From IMG/VR virus record IMGVR_UViG_3300042545_001134, positions 246,692 to 310,691 of that record: a DNA stretch of 64,000 bases; one strand, 5' to 3'. The translations under genes and the position numbers were made by a program. Each line of letters begins with the position of its first letter. Positions within the stretch are counted from its first letter, which is position 1. This document shows, one piece after another, positions 1-11,293 of this stretch. The notes below the pieces were generated by a model. It did not search any database. It was given only the letters and a program-made list of their open reading frames with translations, and was not told where the DNA came from.

Positions 1-2
1 TG

Positions 3-2792
3 GTCAACCCAATATTGGTCGACCAATTCAAGACTGTTATCTACATACATAAAGAATGGGTCTCGTTGTACTCTATTCCAAAATATAACCTCACCATCAG
101 ATAAAGTCATTACTTCATCAAACTTATCTTGACCCTCTTCTTTTAATGGGAAACCACTCACAAGTTCACATTGTGTTTTAGTAAAGTATTGTCTGTCCTT
201 CGGGTCCTCAATTAAAATATCCTCACGAATAGATGGATTAAATGCAACCAATAGTGGTTCCACTCGTTTGTTAAAATTGGTAAGATATCGAGCAATATTA
301 TATTCACCCGTTAAATTGGGGTTATCCATAATCTCCTTTTCAGGAATCATATAACAATTGATTTGAATATAATTGTCGGGGATTGTTGTTCCGTGTTTCG
401 CTAAAAAATCCTCTTGTTGTTTTTTAGTTGCCTTAGTAACCTTTTGAACATCTCCATCTGATTTTTTAAAACCATTGTTTACATAGTATATGGTTTCACC
501 AAGACCAGCGGGATAATCATTTTGAAGAATTAATTCCATGTGGGCCTGTCTTGACATTAACGAACCTGACTTAGTTGTTTTCTGAATATGTTTTCTATAT
601 TCATTTACGGATTGTTTAACACGAGATTTATTGGCAATTTTTGCCAAAGGAATTTCTTGATTATAAATCATCCCCACATATTTGTAGTAAAGTTCTACAA
701 AAGACAAACCATCACCATCTAAAAGGTATTTTAATCCCTCATCTAAGAAGTCAACAACATATTGTGATAATTTTTTAGATTTAATGGTGTTACCTGTTAA
801 TTTAATAACCTCTTTACCTTTTTTATTTAATTTAATTATGTAATTTTTTCTCGATACATTAAGACATGAAGGTGCCACATAATCAATATCTAAACCCATT
901 TCATTTCTCATAAAGATATCGTTAAACTCCGCGGTGTCCGCCTCAATCCCACGATATTCCTTACCTTCGATAACTAATTCATTTAAACCCTTACCTATAT
1001 AAACCGTATCATTAATATTGTCGGGGGTCTCAAAGTTTACACCGTCCGTATCCATTACGAGTGGTTTATACCCTTTCTTCATGTAGAACATAATCATCAT
1101 ACGTAAACATTGACGACCTGTACATGTAATCGTTTCACCCATATTCATGTCACCCCATGGGAATACGTGTGGTGCAGATAACGAACCAAAGTATGCGTTG
1201 ATAAAAATCTTAATCGGTAACTGTTTACGGTCATACATCTCAGATGCAACGGGGTCACTTGATTTTAATTCACCAGCAAGATGTTTGTATTTGATACGAA
1301 TGTTACGGAAGTATTTTAACATTGATTTCTGTACACCCATAACATCACAATCGGGGAACACATCGTATACTAATTGAATAGATGGATATAGTGACGAGTA
1401 GTCAAACTTAACAATGTTCTTTGCATAACCCACATTCAATAAACGAGATAAACCTCCTGTAATTGAACGTCTTTCGTCCTTTGCCGGTATTGCTAAATTG
1501 TTTTCGTATGACCACGCCAACATAATAATCTTCCACAATGTTGCGGTACCCATCGTTGCGATTCTCTCATATGTGGTGGGTACGACTTTCGAAAGTAGAA
1601 ACGTAGATTGACTGAATGAATCATCAACAATCATAGTTTCATACAAGTCATCGTCAAGATATTGTTCGACGATTTTACGACCTGTCCATATTTCAAACTT
1701 ACCGGGATATTTCTCTAATAAACCTTCAGTTCCAACATCACCGATTTTTTTATACTTTCCTGTTTTTGGATTTAAATAATAACTTTCGTTATCTAAATAA
1801 ATCTTTGAAATCCACGCACCATCAACGTAAACACGATTCTCTTTTTCTTTTTCCAAATACTTCGTAATGTACTTCAATCCCCACGATTTAATTTCTGAGT
1901 TGATTGCCTGTGCTCTACGAACTGAGTGTGCAATGTCAATAATGTTAAATCCCCAAATTACGTGTTGAGTGTAATCTTCTTGCTCATTCGCAAGTTTTAA
2001 CATTCCCTTTTTCTCTTTGATTCCTTGTGATGTAAGGATTTGAGTAAGAGAACTCACATCAACATCTAATATTTCGGCACGTTTTAATATAAACGGCCAG
2101 TCAAAGAATGCTGAGTTATATCCACCAATAATAGTTGGTTTTAATTCTCTAATAACATTAAAGAATCTCTCAATACATTTCTTTTCTCCATCTTCACCAA
2201 AGGCAGAGATGGTCTCAGTTACACCACGGTTGTCCTTAACTCCAATCAAAATGATATTACAAGTTTCGGGGTCTAAACCTGTGGTCTCGATATCGAATAC
2301 GAATCGATGAACACCACTATACTCCTCAATACCCTTAAACAATCTTTTTTTCTTTTGAATCAAATATTGTTCTGCGGGGTTCAAAATGGTAAACAACTGT
2401 TTTGTTTTTTCACCCCATGGGTCGATACCACCTTGTTTAAAAAAGTTAATTAACTCGGTGTACCCTTTCATGCACTTAACTAAGTAGGTCATACCAAGTT
2501 CAAGACGTTCATTACCATGGGTTTCCAATTTTTCAATCAGAATACCGTATTCCCCCATTTTTTTCTTTTGGAGTGCCTTGTTGTTTTGATAGAAATTAAA
2601 TCCCGTTAGGTCTCCAACCCAAAGAAAGGGGACAATTGTGTCCTGTTTAACGATTTTACCCTTTTCGGGGTCTTGGATAATTTTGTAGATTTTGTTGGTT
2701 CTGTAGTCATACTCAACCCCTACTATGAATTCTTCGGGGTCCCAACCATTTAAGAAACCCTCGATGGTTTCTTGAGAAATTACTTCTGCCAT
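3..2792 (-). CDS. Family B DNA polymerase with 3'-5' exonuclease (3' end runs off the window; missing from the ORF track)
   Basis: Manual minus-strand translation from ATG 2792 (MAEVISQE...): ExoI FVFDIETTGLD, motif A KFDYSSLYPS, motif B KQLPIKIFINAYFG, motif C VMDTDG. Confidence 0.95.
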   Translation of the reverse strand, partial: MAEVISQETIEGFLNGWDPEEFIVGVEYDYRTNKIYKIIQDPEKGKIVKQDTIVPFLWVGDLTGFNFYQNNKALQKKKMGEYGILIEKLETHGNERLELGMTYLVKCMKGYTELINFFKQGGIDPWGEKTKQLFTILNPAEQYLIQKKKRLFKGIEEYSGVHRFVFDIETTGLDPETCNIILIGVKDNRGVTETISAFGEDGEKKCIERFFNVIRELKPTIIGGYNSAFFDWPFILKRAEILDVDVSSLTQILTSQGIKEKKGMLKLANEQEDYTQHVIWGFNIIDIAHSVRRAQAINSEIKSWGLKYITKYLEKEKENRVYVDGAWISKIYLDNESYYLNPKTGKYKKIGDVGTEGLLEKYPGKFEIWTGRKIVEQYLDDDLYETMIVDDSFSQSTFLLSKVVPTTYERIATMGTATLWKIIMLAWSYENNLAIPAKDERRSITGGLSRLLNVGYAKNIVKFDYSSLYPSIQLVYDVFPDCDVMGVQKSMLKYFRNIRIKYKHLAGELKSSDPVASEMYDRKQLPIKIFINAYFGSLSAPHVFPWGDMNMGETITCTGRQCLRMMIMFYMKKGYKPLVMDTDGVNFETPDNINDTVYIGKGLNELVIEGKEYRGIEADTAEFNDIFMRNEMGLDIDYVAPSCLNVSRKNYIIKLNKKGKEVIKLTGNTIKSKKLSQYVVDFLDEGLKYLLDGDGLSFVELYYKYVGMIYNQEIPLAKIANKSRVKQSVNEYRKHIQKTTKSGSLMSRQAHMELILQNDYPAGLGETIYYVNNGFKKSDGDVQKVTKATKKQQEDFLAKHGTTIPDNYIQINCYMIPEKEIMDNPNLTGEYNIARYLTNFNKRVEPLLVAFNPSIREDILIEDPKDRQYFTKTQCELVSGFPLKEEGQDKFDEVMTLSDGEVIFWNRVQRDPFFMYVDNSLELVDQYWVD

Positions 2793-2855
2793 ATTTGTAT
2801 ATTTTTTAGTTGACCCATTATCTTATGACGGAATTGTCATAGTTTGTCTTAGGGC

Positions 2856-2863
2856 CAAATATA
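2856..2863 (-). promoter_or_regulatory. Bacteroidota-type -7 promoter element (TATATTTG) for the DNA polymerase
   Basis: TAnnTTTG match ~64 nt upstream of ATG 2792. Confidence 0.6.
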
Positions 2864-2881
2864 CAAAAATATATTGATAAA

Positions 2882-3250
2882 TTAAAAAATGGTAATAAAT
2901 AATTTTTCCTTTACGGGTAAAATTAACTTTGTCGTTGGACTTAGACTGGTGTTTAAGAATTGAATTGTAACTTTACCTTCGTACTTACCGGGTTTAATTG
3001 TTTGAGATTCAGTAAATCTATGAACAATATAGTACTCGTCAGTTGTTTGGTTGTATTTTTTGTCTCTCGTTGTGATTTGACAATCGGAATTTAAAATCTC
3101 AGGTTCACCAGTAACCACATCATACATATCAAATGTGATGTCACATAATTCCAATGAGTCATTGAATGATGATTTATCATTTTTACCATCATCAATTAGT
3201 TTCATTTTCAATATGGGTTCAGATGCCCCTTGTCTGATAAAAAATTCCAT
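2882..3250 (-). CDS. BppU-N-like baseplate/virion protein
   Basis: FFIRQG..P.L N-terminus and GKYEG.V.I.F...LILP pattern typical of BppU N-terminal-like domains. Confidence 0.55.
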   Translation of the reverse strand: MEFFIRQGASEPILKMKLIDDGKNDKSSFNDSLELCDITFDMYDVVTGEPEILNSDCQITTRDKKYNQTTDEYYIVHRFTESQTIKPGKYEGKVTIQFLNTSLSPTTKLILPVKEKLFITIF

Positions 3251-3492
3251 TACTTAATTGTTAAAATAAATTCGTTACCTGATTTAAATGGTGCGTTATC
3301 TTCATTTTTTAATTCATTTGACTTACAGTAAAATTCTTCTTTTACTATTTCAAATGGAAATCCCATTTCATTTTTAATAACACCTTTAATGTGTTCAACC
3401 GTTAATGGTTCATTAGTGTTAAAGGTTTTTTGAAACCTTTTAATTTTTTGTTTGTCTTTGATGACTTTAACATCAATATCTAATATTTTCAT
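3250..3492 (-). CDS. Hypothetical protein
   Basis: 80 aa ORF whose stop overlaps the next start. Confidence 0.7.
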   Translation of the reverse strand: MKILDIDVKVIKDKQKIKRFQKTFNTNEPLTVEHIKGVIKNEMGFPFEIVKEEFYCKSNELKNEDNAPFKSGNEFILTIK

Positions 3493-3511
3493 AATCTATT
3501 TTTTTTAATTT

Positions 3512-5620
3512 TTAGTCATTTTGATAAATCCAATCATTCGTAGATTCTTCACTACTATAATCTTGAGTTGTTACTGATGTTATAGTATTTTCACTAACTA
3601 AATAAACTTCAACCGTATCATCCCCATTATAGTTCATAACAACAAATCTATCTTCAACACCATATGTATTATCCCAACCATTAGTCCAAGTTGTTGTTTC
3701 ACTGTTTAATAATGTTCCAGAAAAATTATACAATCTTATTTTAGTTACACCACCGTTAGTTTCATTATATACAAACATAAACTTGCTCTCACCAACTGAA
3801 ATATCAAAACTATTATACTCAGGGAAACTAAACTCATTAGTTATTCCGGTTGATGTTAATACTCTAAAATCTAATTGGTCGGTGTTATATAAAACCATTG
3901 CACCATTGTACTTGTCTGTGCCTGAGAAATGGGAATCTGTGTAATTAAAATTATTATAATAATCTGTTGAGGTAAATCCTGTACTACCACTATATACATA
4001 ATAACCAAGAATGCCCGCAGAAACCCCAATAATTGTAAGATAGGCGGTTTCACCAAAAGAATACATACTTGAACTATAAGGTGAGGTTAATTCATAGTTA
4101 TCTAATGAATCAATTACAACACCTAATTCGTTAATTAATTTGTAAGTTACATTGTTATTACTATTAGTAAAAATCTGTACAGCCGTTCTATTACCCAATG
4201 AATTCCAGTTCAAATTAGTAACACCAGAAAAACTAACATTCATACTTTCTATACGAGTACTACCCGACATAATGGTTAACATAGATACAATACCATCACC
4301 ATTTACACACGGTGTTCTGTAAATGTCACTTAATTGACCGTAAGAATTGATTGTTTTTGATACGTTGTCTGCGAATGTATATGTGCTAAACGATGTTTGA
4401 TTATCAAACATATACATAATATCACAGTATGTAACTTCTGCACCAATATTATTCGAAGTTACAGAATCATATAAAGTTATTACAACACCACCATCATTTC
4501 CCTCACTATCTGGATATAAACCAGAATCTCCATCTATAATGCTTTGAGTATATCCTGTACCTCTAGCGTGTGATGTTTCAATTAAGTTTGATGTGTTACC
4601 ATTATAACTTATTATTTTATATGGTGTTTCTACGTTATTAACATCCCATAGTAATATGGTATATTTGTTTGTTCCGTGAAATTGGTCATTATAACTGCTA
4701 TATGTGGCACCAGTTAATGAAACCGTCTCTAAAATGGTTCCACTTGTGTTATATATTTCAAAATTTGTGAATGTACCTGAGGTACCTTGAGCTTCAGTTA
4801 AAACAGCAATAAAATCAGATGAATTTGTCATTTTATGTCTAATGTATGTTCCATCTGTCCAAGTTTTAAATAAAGTTGTTGTACCGTCAGTTGGATTAAC
4901 TATGTGTGATGTACCTGGTCCATTGTATGTCCATCCACTTAAAGGTGGAACTTCCCATTTTTCGATAATCATTGTACCATCAGACGTGACTGCATTAAAA
5001 TTCCACTCAATATCAATACTATATAATGCTGGGTTCCAAGTGTATGTGTATACTGACACACCATCTGAGTAAGTAAACACACCATTATCCACATCTTCAA
5101 ATGTAACCCACTTACCATCTAAATCGTTACCACTATAACCATTAGTTGTACCACTATATCTTCCAATTTCTTCGTGAATGGCATTTGTGAATATCACTAA
5201 TCTATCATCACCATCGTCAACACCTGTGAAATAGTGCATATAACCTGAATTATCTAACACATATATATTCTGATTATTCCATACATTAGTATCAACACCT
5301 AAGTCAATAATTTCTGCGGTTAAAACATCAAAATTTAAAAACGCAGCACCGTAGTTGTCAGAACCAACCATTCTATTTTGATAAACAAACGATTGAACAC
5401 TTGCATCTGGTTGTGGTATGGTTAACGTGTATGTGTAATCATATTCAGCAAAGTATAGATTATAAACACCATACGGGTGTGTGGTGATGTTATTGAAAGG
5501 GATTACCTTAGTTCCGAGGTTTTGAGTTGTACCCGATGTTGCCCCTGTATATGGTACAAACGTTACTGTTGCCGTTTTACCACTCAGGTGTGTACTTGTT
5601 ATTCTTGCTCCTACTGCCAT
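3512..5620 (-). CDS. Putative virion structural protein (beta-rich, T/S/G/N-rich)
   Basis: 702 aa ORF with late-type TATTTAT motif upstream; composition like tail/fibre proteins. Confidence 0.6.
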   Translation of the reverse strand: MAVGARITSTHLSGKTATVTFVPYTGATSGTTQNLGTKVIPFNNITTHPYGVYNLYFAEYDYTYTLTIPQPDASVQSFVYQNRMVGSDNYGAAFLNFDVLTAEIIDLGVDTNVWNNQNIYVLDNSGYMHYFTGVDDGDDRLVIFTNAIHEEIGRYSGTTNGYSGNDLDGKWVTFEDVDNGVFTYSDGVSVYTYTWNPALYSIDIEWNFNAVTSDGTMIIEKWEVPPLSGWTYNGPGTSHIVNPTDGTTTLFKTWTDGTYIRHKMTNSSDFIAVLTEAQGTSGTFTNFEIYNTSGTILETVSLTGATYSSYNDQFHGTNKYTILLWDVNNVETPYKIISYNGNTSNLIETSHARGTGYTQSIIDGDSGLYPDSEGNDGGVVITLYDSVTSNNIGAEVTYCDIMYMFDNQTSFSTYTFADNVSKTINSYGQLSDIYRTPCVNGDGIVSMLTIMSGSTRIESMNVSFSGVTNLNWNSLGNRTAVQIFTNSNNNVTYKLINELGVVIDSLDNYELTSPYSSSMYSFGETAYLTIIGVSAGILGYYVYSGSTGFTSTDYYNNFNYTDSHFSGTDKYNGAMVLYNTDQLDFRVLTSTGITNEFSFPEYNSFDISVGESKFMFVYNETNGGVTKIRLYNFSGTLLNSETTTWTNGWDNTYGVEDRFVVMNYNGDDTVEVYLVSENTITSVTTQDYSSEESTNDWIYQND

Positions 5621-5692
5621 AGTTTGTTATTTTTGTGTTTATTATAAATACTTTATCTTGTTGTATCTTTTCTTTTTTATTGTTTTTTATTT

Positions 5693-8600
5693 TTAGGAAC
5701 CAATCTGTAATGTTATGGAATCACTTCCCCAATCATACAAATAAGTACCGGGTGTTAATCCCATACTTGATATTGTTTTGTTCGCAAATGTTGCCGTACC
5801 ACTTAAAGGACTACCTGAAGTATAACCTATCGGTAAAATTATATCTTTACCTAGTGACCCATCCTGAATACCAAATGTTTGTCCTGAGTATGATGTTGGT
5901 GCTGTATATCCTGAACCGAAACTATTTGGGTAAACATTTAGATTATTTCCAAAAAATTTCCTAGCAAAAAATAGATTAGATTGACCAATTACCCAATAAC
6001 CCAACGTACCGTTAATACCTCCGGCTGTTTGTACTGAACCCTCAATTAATCCTGTTAGGTTAAGAGAACCAGAACCTGACATTATAACGTCAGAACCAAC
6101 CTCTAAAATTGTTACCACAAGACCTGATGTAGGTGTTGGAGTAGGTGTACTCGTAGGAGTTGGGGTACTTGTTGATGTTGGAGTAGGTGTATTTGTTTCC
6201 GTCGGAGTTGGTGTTGGTGTCTCTGTCGCCGTAGGTGTTGGTGTAGGTGTTGGTGTTGGTGCACAATCAACTAATATTGATTTTACAACAATATTTGATA
6301 GGTTGTTTCTATCTCTCGCAGCGACCCAATATGTTTTCGTGATGTTAGGTATTGGAAGACCGTAACCAACATAACCATTAGGATTCAAAACTGTTGACCA
6401 TTGCGTTTCATTCAATGCCTCCAATTCGGTATCATATAATCCATTACCTCTATCATAAAAACCTGAACCACCAGTGTAGTGATGTGTACTAACCGCACCG
6501 TCATCAACACAAGTACCTGAAATTTCAAAATCTAAAGGACTTTCTGTTGGAGTTGGTGTACTTGTTGCGGTCGGTGTCGGTGTAGGAGTTGGGGTTTCCG
6601 TAGGGGTTGGAGTTGGTGTAGGACAAATCCAAGTGGTTACTGAATCATTATAATTCTGTAAAACATCTGAAGATGAAATTGCACCATCCCATATTTCTAA
6701 TCTACCAAATTTAAGTGCGGAATATGTTCCATCATTTAAGTTTGTACTATCCGTTGCACCTATTGCATAATATAAACCATTACCACTTTGGTATGGTGCC
6801 TCTCTAACAACTGTTGATGAACCAGCACTTTGACCATTTACATATGCGGTTAAAGTTGTGTTGTTGTATACAAATCCAATATAATACCAATTATTAAGGG
6901 GTGTTGATATTGATGATGTTATTTCACTACCATATGGCCACACACTAAACTTCAATGTTCCATCAACTAACTCAATTTGTGAATCGTGCCAACCAATGTT
7001 TAAAACAGCACTACCTTGTTCACTCAATATTACACCATTATCTGTTAAATAAACCCAAAGAAATATAGATGTATCTGTAGAATCATAAAGTGTATTAATT
7101 GAGGTGTTGGTTAAAATATATTGACTGGTACCGTTCAACACTATTGACGAAGTACATCCATCATTTTGATATGATGGTGAACCAATTATACTTGCATTTG
7201 TGTTACCCAAAATGTCCGTAACCGTTGTTCCACTTCCAGAATATGATATTGAATCATTTATGTTTAAGTCAACAATTTTGTTATATGGTACCATTGTTGG
7301 TGTAGGAGTAGGTGTTGGTGTATTAGTTGGAGTTGGTGTACTTGTCTCCGTAGGTGTTGGTGTTGGGGTTTCCGTAGGGGTCGGAGTTGGGGTTATTGGA
7401 CAGACCCCACAATCAGTTCTATATGTTGCGATATTACTCCCATCCATATTAATGGTTTTATAATAACCATTATGGACAATTGTTCCCCAACCACTAAAAC
7501 CAAATCCATCTCCATTTGTTACAAAAACATTTGAATCACAGAACGTTGGCCCGTCACCCGTCACATAAAATCTTGGACATTCTCCCACAGGACAATTACA
7601 AGTTCCCTCAACAGAATCTTCTCCCAATGTTATTTCACCATAAAATACTGCTGGTGGTCTTAATACTGTATATTGAATATCGTTATTCGGTATTAATGTA
7701 TAAGATAAATCGGTATTCGGTATTATTGTATATGTTACATCGTTATTGGGTAAGGTTATATAAAGAACATCGTTGTCTGGAATAAAAGTTGTTGAAAAAT
7801 CACCTGAAGGAATTAATGTATACGTTAAATCGTTATTCGGTATTAATGTGTAAATGAAATCTCCATTTGGAATAATATTATAAATAAAATCATTTTCAGG
7901 TATATAAGGAGTTACTGTTGATGTTGGTGTTGGAGTTGGAGTTGAAGTTAAACACACAACATCAGTACAATCAGAAACCGTTGTTAATGTATCTAAATCA
8001 TAATCGAATGTTGGACCTAAATCAAGACCAACAATTTCGTAACACACACTATTCCCAATACTATAAGTTATTCCAGCTAACCCACTTGTTAAACTTCTAC
8101 CTATCTTATTGTGTGTTCGATTACAATCCCTTAGATAGTAATAATAGTAAACTACCGGAGTTTGTGTTGGTGTACTTGTAGGAGTTGGTGTTAATGTTGG
8201 AGTAATAGTTCCTGTTGGTGTACTTGTAGGAGTTGGTGTTATCTCCGAAAAAATTAATGCCAATGAAACATTATCGTTAAATTGTTCGGTACTATTAGTA
8301 TTAATCACCAATGGAGTGTACTCAAAGAATGTTTTATTCAAATCATCAAAATTTTCGGGTAATGTTTGAGTGTATTGACCTATAAGGTCACCGGCATATA
8401 TTGTAATAGAAATTGGTATTTCTAAAATACTTTCGTCATTTAATTTTAAAGTGTTAGTGGTTGTTAAGGTAATATCATCCGCAATTACCCTATCTATGGT
8501 TGCATCGTAATGACAAACAATTGAACCACTACCGATTACGCCACTAAATGTTAACACAACGGGTCCGACCGTTGTGGTCGATGTTGGCGTGGGAGTTGGA

Positions 8601-9997
8601 GTCGATGTTGGTGTTGGTGTTGGGAATAAAACCCCTATCACCTCATCGGGACAATCCGCAACACATTCAACGATATTGTAATATGGTTTAACATCCACTA
8701 AATAATGGTGCCTAACGTGAACAAAATCAAGAGGTTCTTCATAGTATCGTACTCTCTTAAAGTTAAAACATGAAATACCCATATTGTGAATTCCACCTGA
8801 ATATTCCGTTCCTGACCCCCAAGATTGTATAAAAGGTTGAACACCTCTTGTTGATGGGATAATTTCCTCCCAATCTTTTATTTTATAAACAGGTCTACCA
8901 TTTAGGTATATTTTTAAAACACCTAATCGTCTATTTCTCTCGTCGGCCCATTTTTTATTTAATAATTCAACGGTATTATGTACTGCAATTTGTGTTGATG
9001 TAACCGCAGTAACTCCGGTATTTGGAACATATTCATTTACGATATGTTCAGGAATTAAGTCATTCCACCCACCGTCATTCTCAATATTACAATCCGTCAA
9101 ATGACGATATCTGTCAAAAGTTATTGTGATTTCAAAATCTTCAGATGTTCCATCAATACAAAGTTGAGGGGTTTGTCCCGATGCGATGTAATAACTTTGA
9201 CCATAAACACCATCATCCGAACACGCTCCCGAATAGTGAACTGCTCTCCATTGAATTCTTCTATCATCGGTAAATGAAAATGAAAGATTATTATCGGCAT
9301 AGTCAGAAATACTACTATCTCCTCTTGTACCTAAATAATAAAATACTTTACCCACAGACCACGGTAATTCTTCCCTATTGAATACAAAATCCAAAGTCCA
9401 ACCCTTTTCAGTTCTTCTTTGAATAATTGGATTACAGTCATTTCCCGAGGCGGCACCGTGATTGGTTTGATACGCCCATGGTTTTGCGTTTGATGGTGAA
9501 TCTACTGGACAACAATGGTCTTCCTCCCATAATCTTGGAATACACGCAATTGGTGCACCGACAGTTAATCCTGTGACATTTAAAGAAAATGGATTGGAAA
9601 GTGGAGAATTGTAACTATATGTTCTAAAATAATGGGTAATACCACTAACATCCACGAATTCATATACGTCATTTTGTAAAATTGTGTCAGAATTACCTAA
9701 ACGATTAGTGAAGTCAGAATATGAAAGGGTCCATGTATATGCAGAATATGGGTATGTGGGGTCATTAATTCTATTATCGTACTCGACAATAGTAATCCTA
9801 TCTCGGGAACATAATGTACCCATAAGACCCGTAGTATTTATCTTCAAAGAGGAATAAACGATTGGTGTGGTAAGGTCAAGAACCTCGGTATTGTAATCTA
9901 CCTCAGTTTTACCCACCTCATAATCGTGAAATTCCGATGTATCGAGTTTCAAATCAAATTTGCTACCCCAAAATTTTAGTATATTCTGACTATTCAT
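5693..9997 (-). CDS. Large modular virion protein: LamG/ConA-like domain, (PT)n linkers, 11-aa repeats
   Basis: Several PTPT linkers; LamG-like NNWYYIGFVYN..LTAYVNG; tandem IPNND..Y(T/N) repeats. Confidence 0.7.
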   Translation of the reverse strand: MNSQNILKFWGSKFDLKLDTSEFHDYEVGKTEVDYNTEVLDLTTPIVYSSLKINTTGLMGTLCSRDRITIVEYDNRINDPTYPYSAYTWTLSYSDFTNRLGNSDTILQNDVYEFVDVSGITHYFRTYSYNSPLSNPFSLNVTGLTVGAPIACIPRLWEEDHCCPVDSPSNAKPWAYQTNHGAASGNDCNPIIQRRTEKGWTLDFVFNREELPWSVGKVFYYLGTRGDSSISDYADNNLSFSFTDDRRIQWRAVHYSGACSDDGVYGQSYYIASGQTPQLCIDGTSEDFEITITFDRYRHLTDCNIENDGGWNDLIPEHIVNEYVPNTGVTAVTSTQIAVHNTVELLNKKWADERNRRLGVLKIYLNGRPVYKIKDWEEIIPSTRGVQPFIQSWGSGTEYSGGIHNMGISCFNFKRVRYYEEPLDFVHVRHHYLVDVKPYYNIVECVADCPDEVIGVLFPTPTPTSTPTPTPTSTTTVGPVVLTFSGVIGSGSIVCHYDATIDRVIADDITLTTTNTLKLNDESILEIPISITIYAGDLIGQYTQTLPENFDDLNKTFFEYTPLVINTNSTEQFNDNVSLALIFSEITPTPTSTPTGTITPTLTPTPTSTPTQTPVVYYYYYLRDCNRTHNKIGRSLTSGLAGITYSIGNSVCYEIVGLDLGPTFDYDLDTLTTVSDCTDVVCLTSTPTPTPTSTVTPYIPENDFIYNIIPNGDFIYTLIPNNDLTYTLIPSGDFSTTFIPDNDVLYITLPNNDVTYTIIPNTDLSYTLIPNNDIQYTVLRPPAVFYGEITLGEDSVEGTCNCPVGECPRFYVTGDGPTFCDSNVFVTNGDGFGFSGWGTIVHNGYYKTINMDGSNIATYRTDCGVCPITPTPTPTETPTPTPTETSTPTPTNTPTPTPTPTMVPYNKIVDLNINDSISYSGSGTTVTDILGNTNASIIGSPSYQNDGCTSSIVLNGTSQYILTNTSINTLYDSTDTSIFLWVYLTDNGVILSEQGSAVLNIGWHDSQIELVDGTLKFSVWPYGSEITSSISTPLNNWYYIGFVYNNTTLTAYVNGQSAGSSTVVREAPYQSGNGLYYAIGATDSTNLNDGTYSALKFGRLEIWDGAISSSDVLQNYNDSVTTWICPTPTPTPTETPTPTPTPTATSTPTPTESPLDFEISGTCVDDGAVSTHHYTGGSGFYDRGNGLYDTELEALNETQWSTVLNPNGYVGYGLPIPNITKTYWVAARDRNNLSNIVVKSILVDCAPTPTPTPTPTATETPTPTPTETNTPTPTSTSTPTPTSTPTPTPTSGLVVTILEVGSDVIMSGSGSLNLTGLIEGSVQTAGGINGTLGYWVIGQSNLFFARKFFGNNLNVYPNSFGSGYTAPTSYSGQTFGIQDGSLGKDIILPIGYTSGSPLSGTATFANKTISSMGLTPGTYLYDWGSDSITLQIGS
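7665..7905 (-). repeat. About 7 tandem 33-nt (11-aa) coding repeats, IP(N/S/D)(N/G)Dx xY
   Basis: Visible in the translation: IPENDFIYNI-IPNGDFIYTL-IPNNDLTYTL-IPSGDFSTTF-IPDNDVLYIT-LPNNDVTYTI-IPNTDLSYTL-IPNNDIQY (10-11 aa period). Confidence 0.8.
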
Positions 9998-10052
9998 GTT
10001 ATTGATAAATATCTTTCCCTTCTTTTGATATTTATATAAGAAACAATATTAA

Positions 10053-10802
10053 ATGGATAAATACGTAAAAAATATTATTGAAGAGAAATTTACATCAAAA
10101 TCACAGCAAAGATTCTTCTTCGCAAAGGCCGGAGATAAGGATTTATCGAAGAAAGAAAGGAAGAAGTGGGGTAAGTTGGCTAAGGAATTTTCTGATGATA
10201 CCAATTATGATAAACTTCCTGATAGTGTTGAAACTGACGTTGAAGAAATTGTTGATGTAAATGGTAACATTGCTAGAAGTAAAGTTCCCCTAACAAGAGC
10301 ATCAAAAGGTTCAACACATAAAACTAGTGATGAGGTTGTTAAGGCATCGTCAGGACAGATGGGTAATCATGGTCTTGGTAGAAGTGCACTTACATCTTTA
10401 AGATATTGGGCGGAATCTGATATGAGCGACGCTTTGGGATATGATAAGACTCTTGGTGATGATGCAACATATGATGAAGCATTTGAACATTTTACAAAAA
10501 AATTAGGGTTAGGTGACGAAGAGTCCAAAGAAAGACTAGAAGCACTTGGATACATTCCGGGAGAAAAAGATTTAGTTAGACTTGTTGAGAACCCAAAAAA
10601 ATATATTTCCGATTACGTTGAAAGTGTTTTATCAAAAAAATCTTCTTCCGAAGATTTAATCACTAAAGACCAAACCGAAGATGTGGATAAAGAAATCGGT
10701 CCAATTATTAAAAAACAAATAAAATCTTTAAAAAATACATTAGTTAAGAACAATCTTTCAATTAAAGATGTACTTAAATTATTAAACAAGGACGATGAAT
10801 AA
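10053..10802 (+). CDS. Putative internal head protein
   Basis: N-terminal ..IIEE propeptide-like segment followed by basic KFTSKSQQRFFFA domain; late motif upstream. Confidence 0.55.
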   Translation: MDKYVKNIIEEKFTSKSQQRFFFAKAGDKDLSKKERKKWGKLAKEFSDDTNYDKLPDSVETDVEEIVDVNGNIARSKVPLTRASKGSTHKTSDEVVKASSGQMGNHGLGRSALTSLRYWAESDMSDALGYDKTLGDDATYDEAFEHFTKKLGLGDEESKERLEALGYIPGEKDLVRLVENPKKYISDYVESVLSKKSSSEDLITKDQTEDVDKEIGPIIKKQIKSLKNTLVKNNLSIKDVLKLLNKDDE

Positions 10803-11292
10803 AGATTTAAAGGGTAGACAGTTTGATATCCCACAGGATATCTTGGATAAGATAAACCACACAATCACAGGTTTAAATGGTGGGAATGTGCGTGGAATCC
10901 AAAGAGCAAAAAAACTTTTACAAGACAAATCCGTAAAATACGGTCAGCTCAAAAGAATTATCTACGATATAAAAAACATGGATAAGGTGAATGAAAAAAC
11001 AAAATATGAGTTGTGTGGTGGGGAACTAATGGAAAAATGGGCAATGACACACTTACAAGGTGAAAGAGACTTAATAAGTAATGTTAAACAAGCAAGAAAA
11101 AGAGCAGATGAGATAGGTGGTTTAACAGGACAAAGAAAAAACAGTCACTTAAAGTCACACAGTAAAAATTTTAGTTTTAAAATTCCAACCAATTTGATAA
11201 AAAGTAATTCACATAAAACAAGTATATCGCCAATCACATCTTTGGGTTTGTTTGAAGAACTTGAAAAAATAAAAAAATTAATTACATACTAA
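10795..11292 (+). CDS. Hypothetical protein with C-terminal EELEKIKKLI motif
   Basis: 165 aa ORF coupled to upstream gene. Confidence 0.7.
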   Translation: MNKDLKGRQFDIPQDILDKINHTITGLNGGNVRGIQRAKKLLQDKSVKYGQLKRIIYDIKNMDKVNEKTKYELCGGELMEKWAMTHLQGERDLISNVKQARKRADEIGGLTGQRKNSHLKSHSKNFSFKIPTNLIKSNSHKTSISPITSLGLFEELEKIKKLITY

Positions 11293-11293
11293 T

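Noticed and set aside
1147-1377. Plus-strand ORF and similar short antisense ORFs within long genes
   Set aside because: These are shadows of well-supported opposite-strand genes, here the DNA polymerase
5643-5650. TATAAATA as a canonical T4 late promoter
   Set aside because: It consistently points away from the adjacent gene start; the coding-strand motif is TATTTAT
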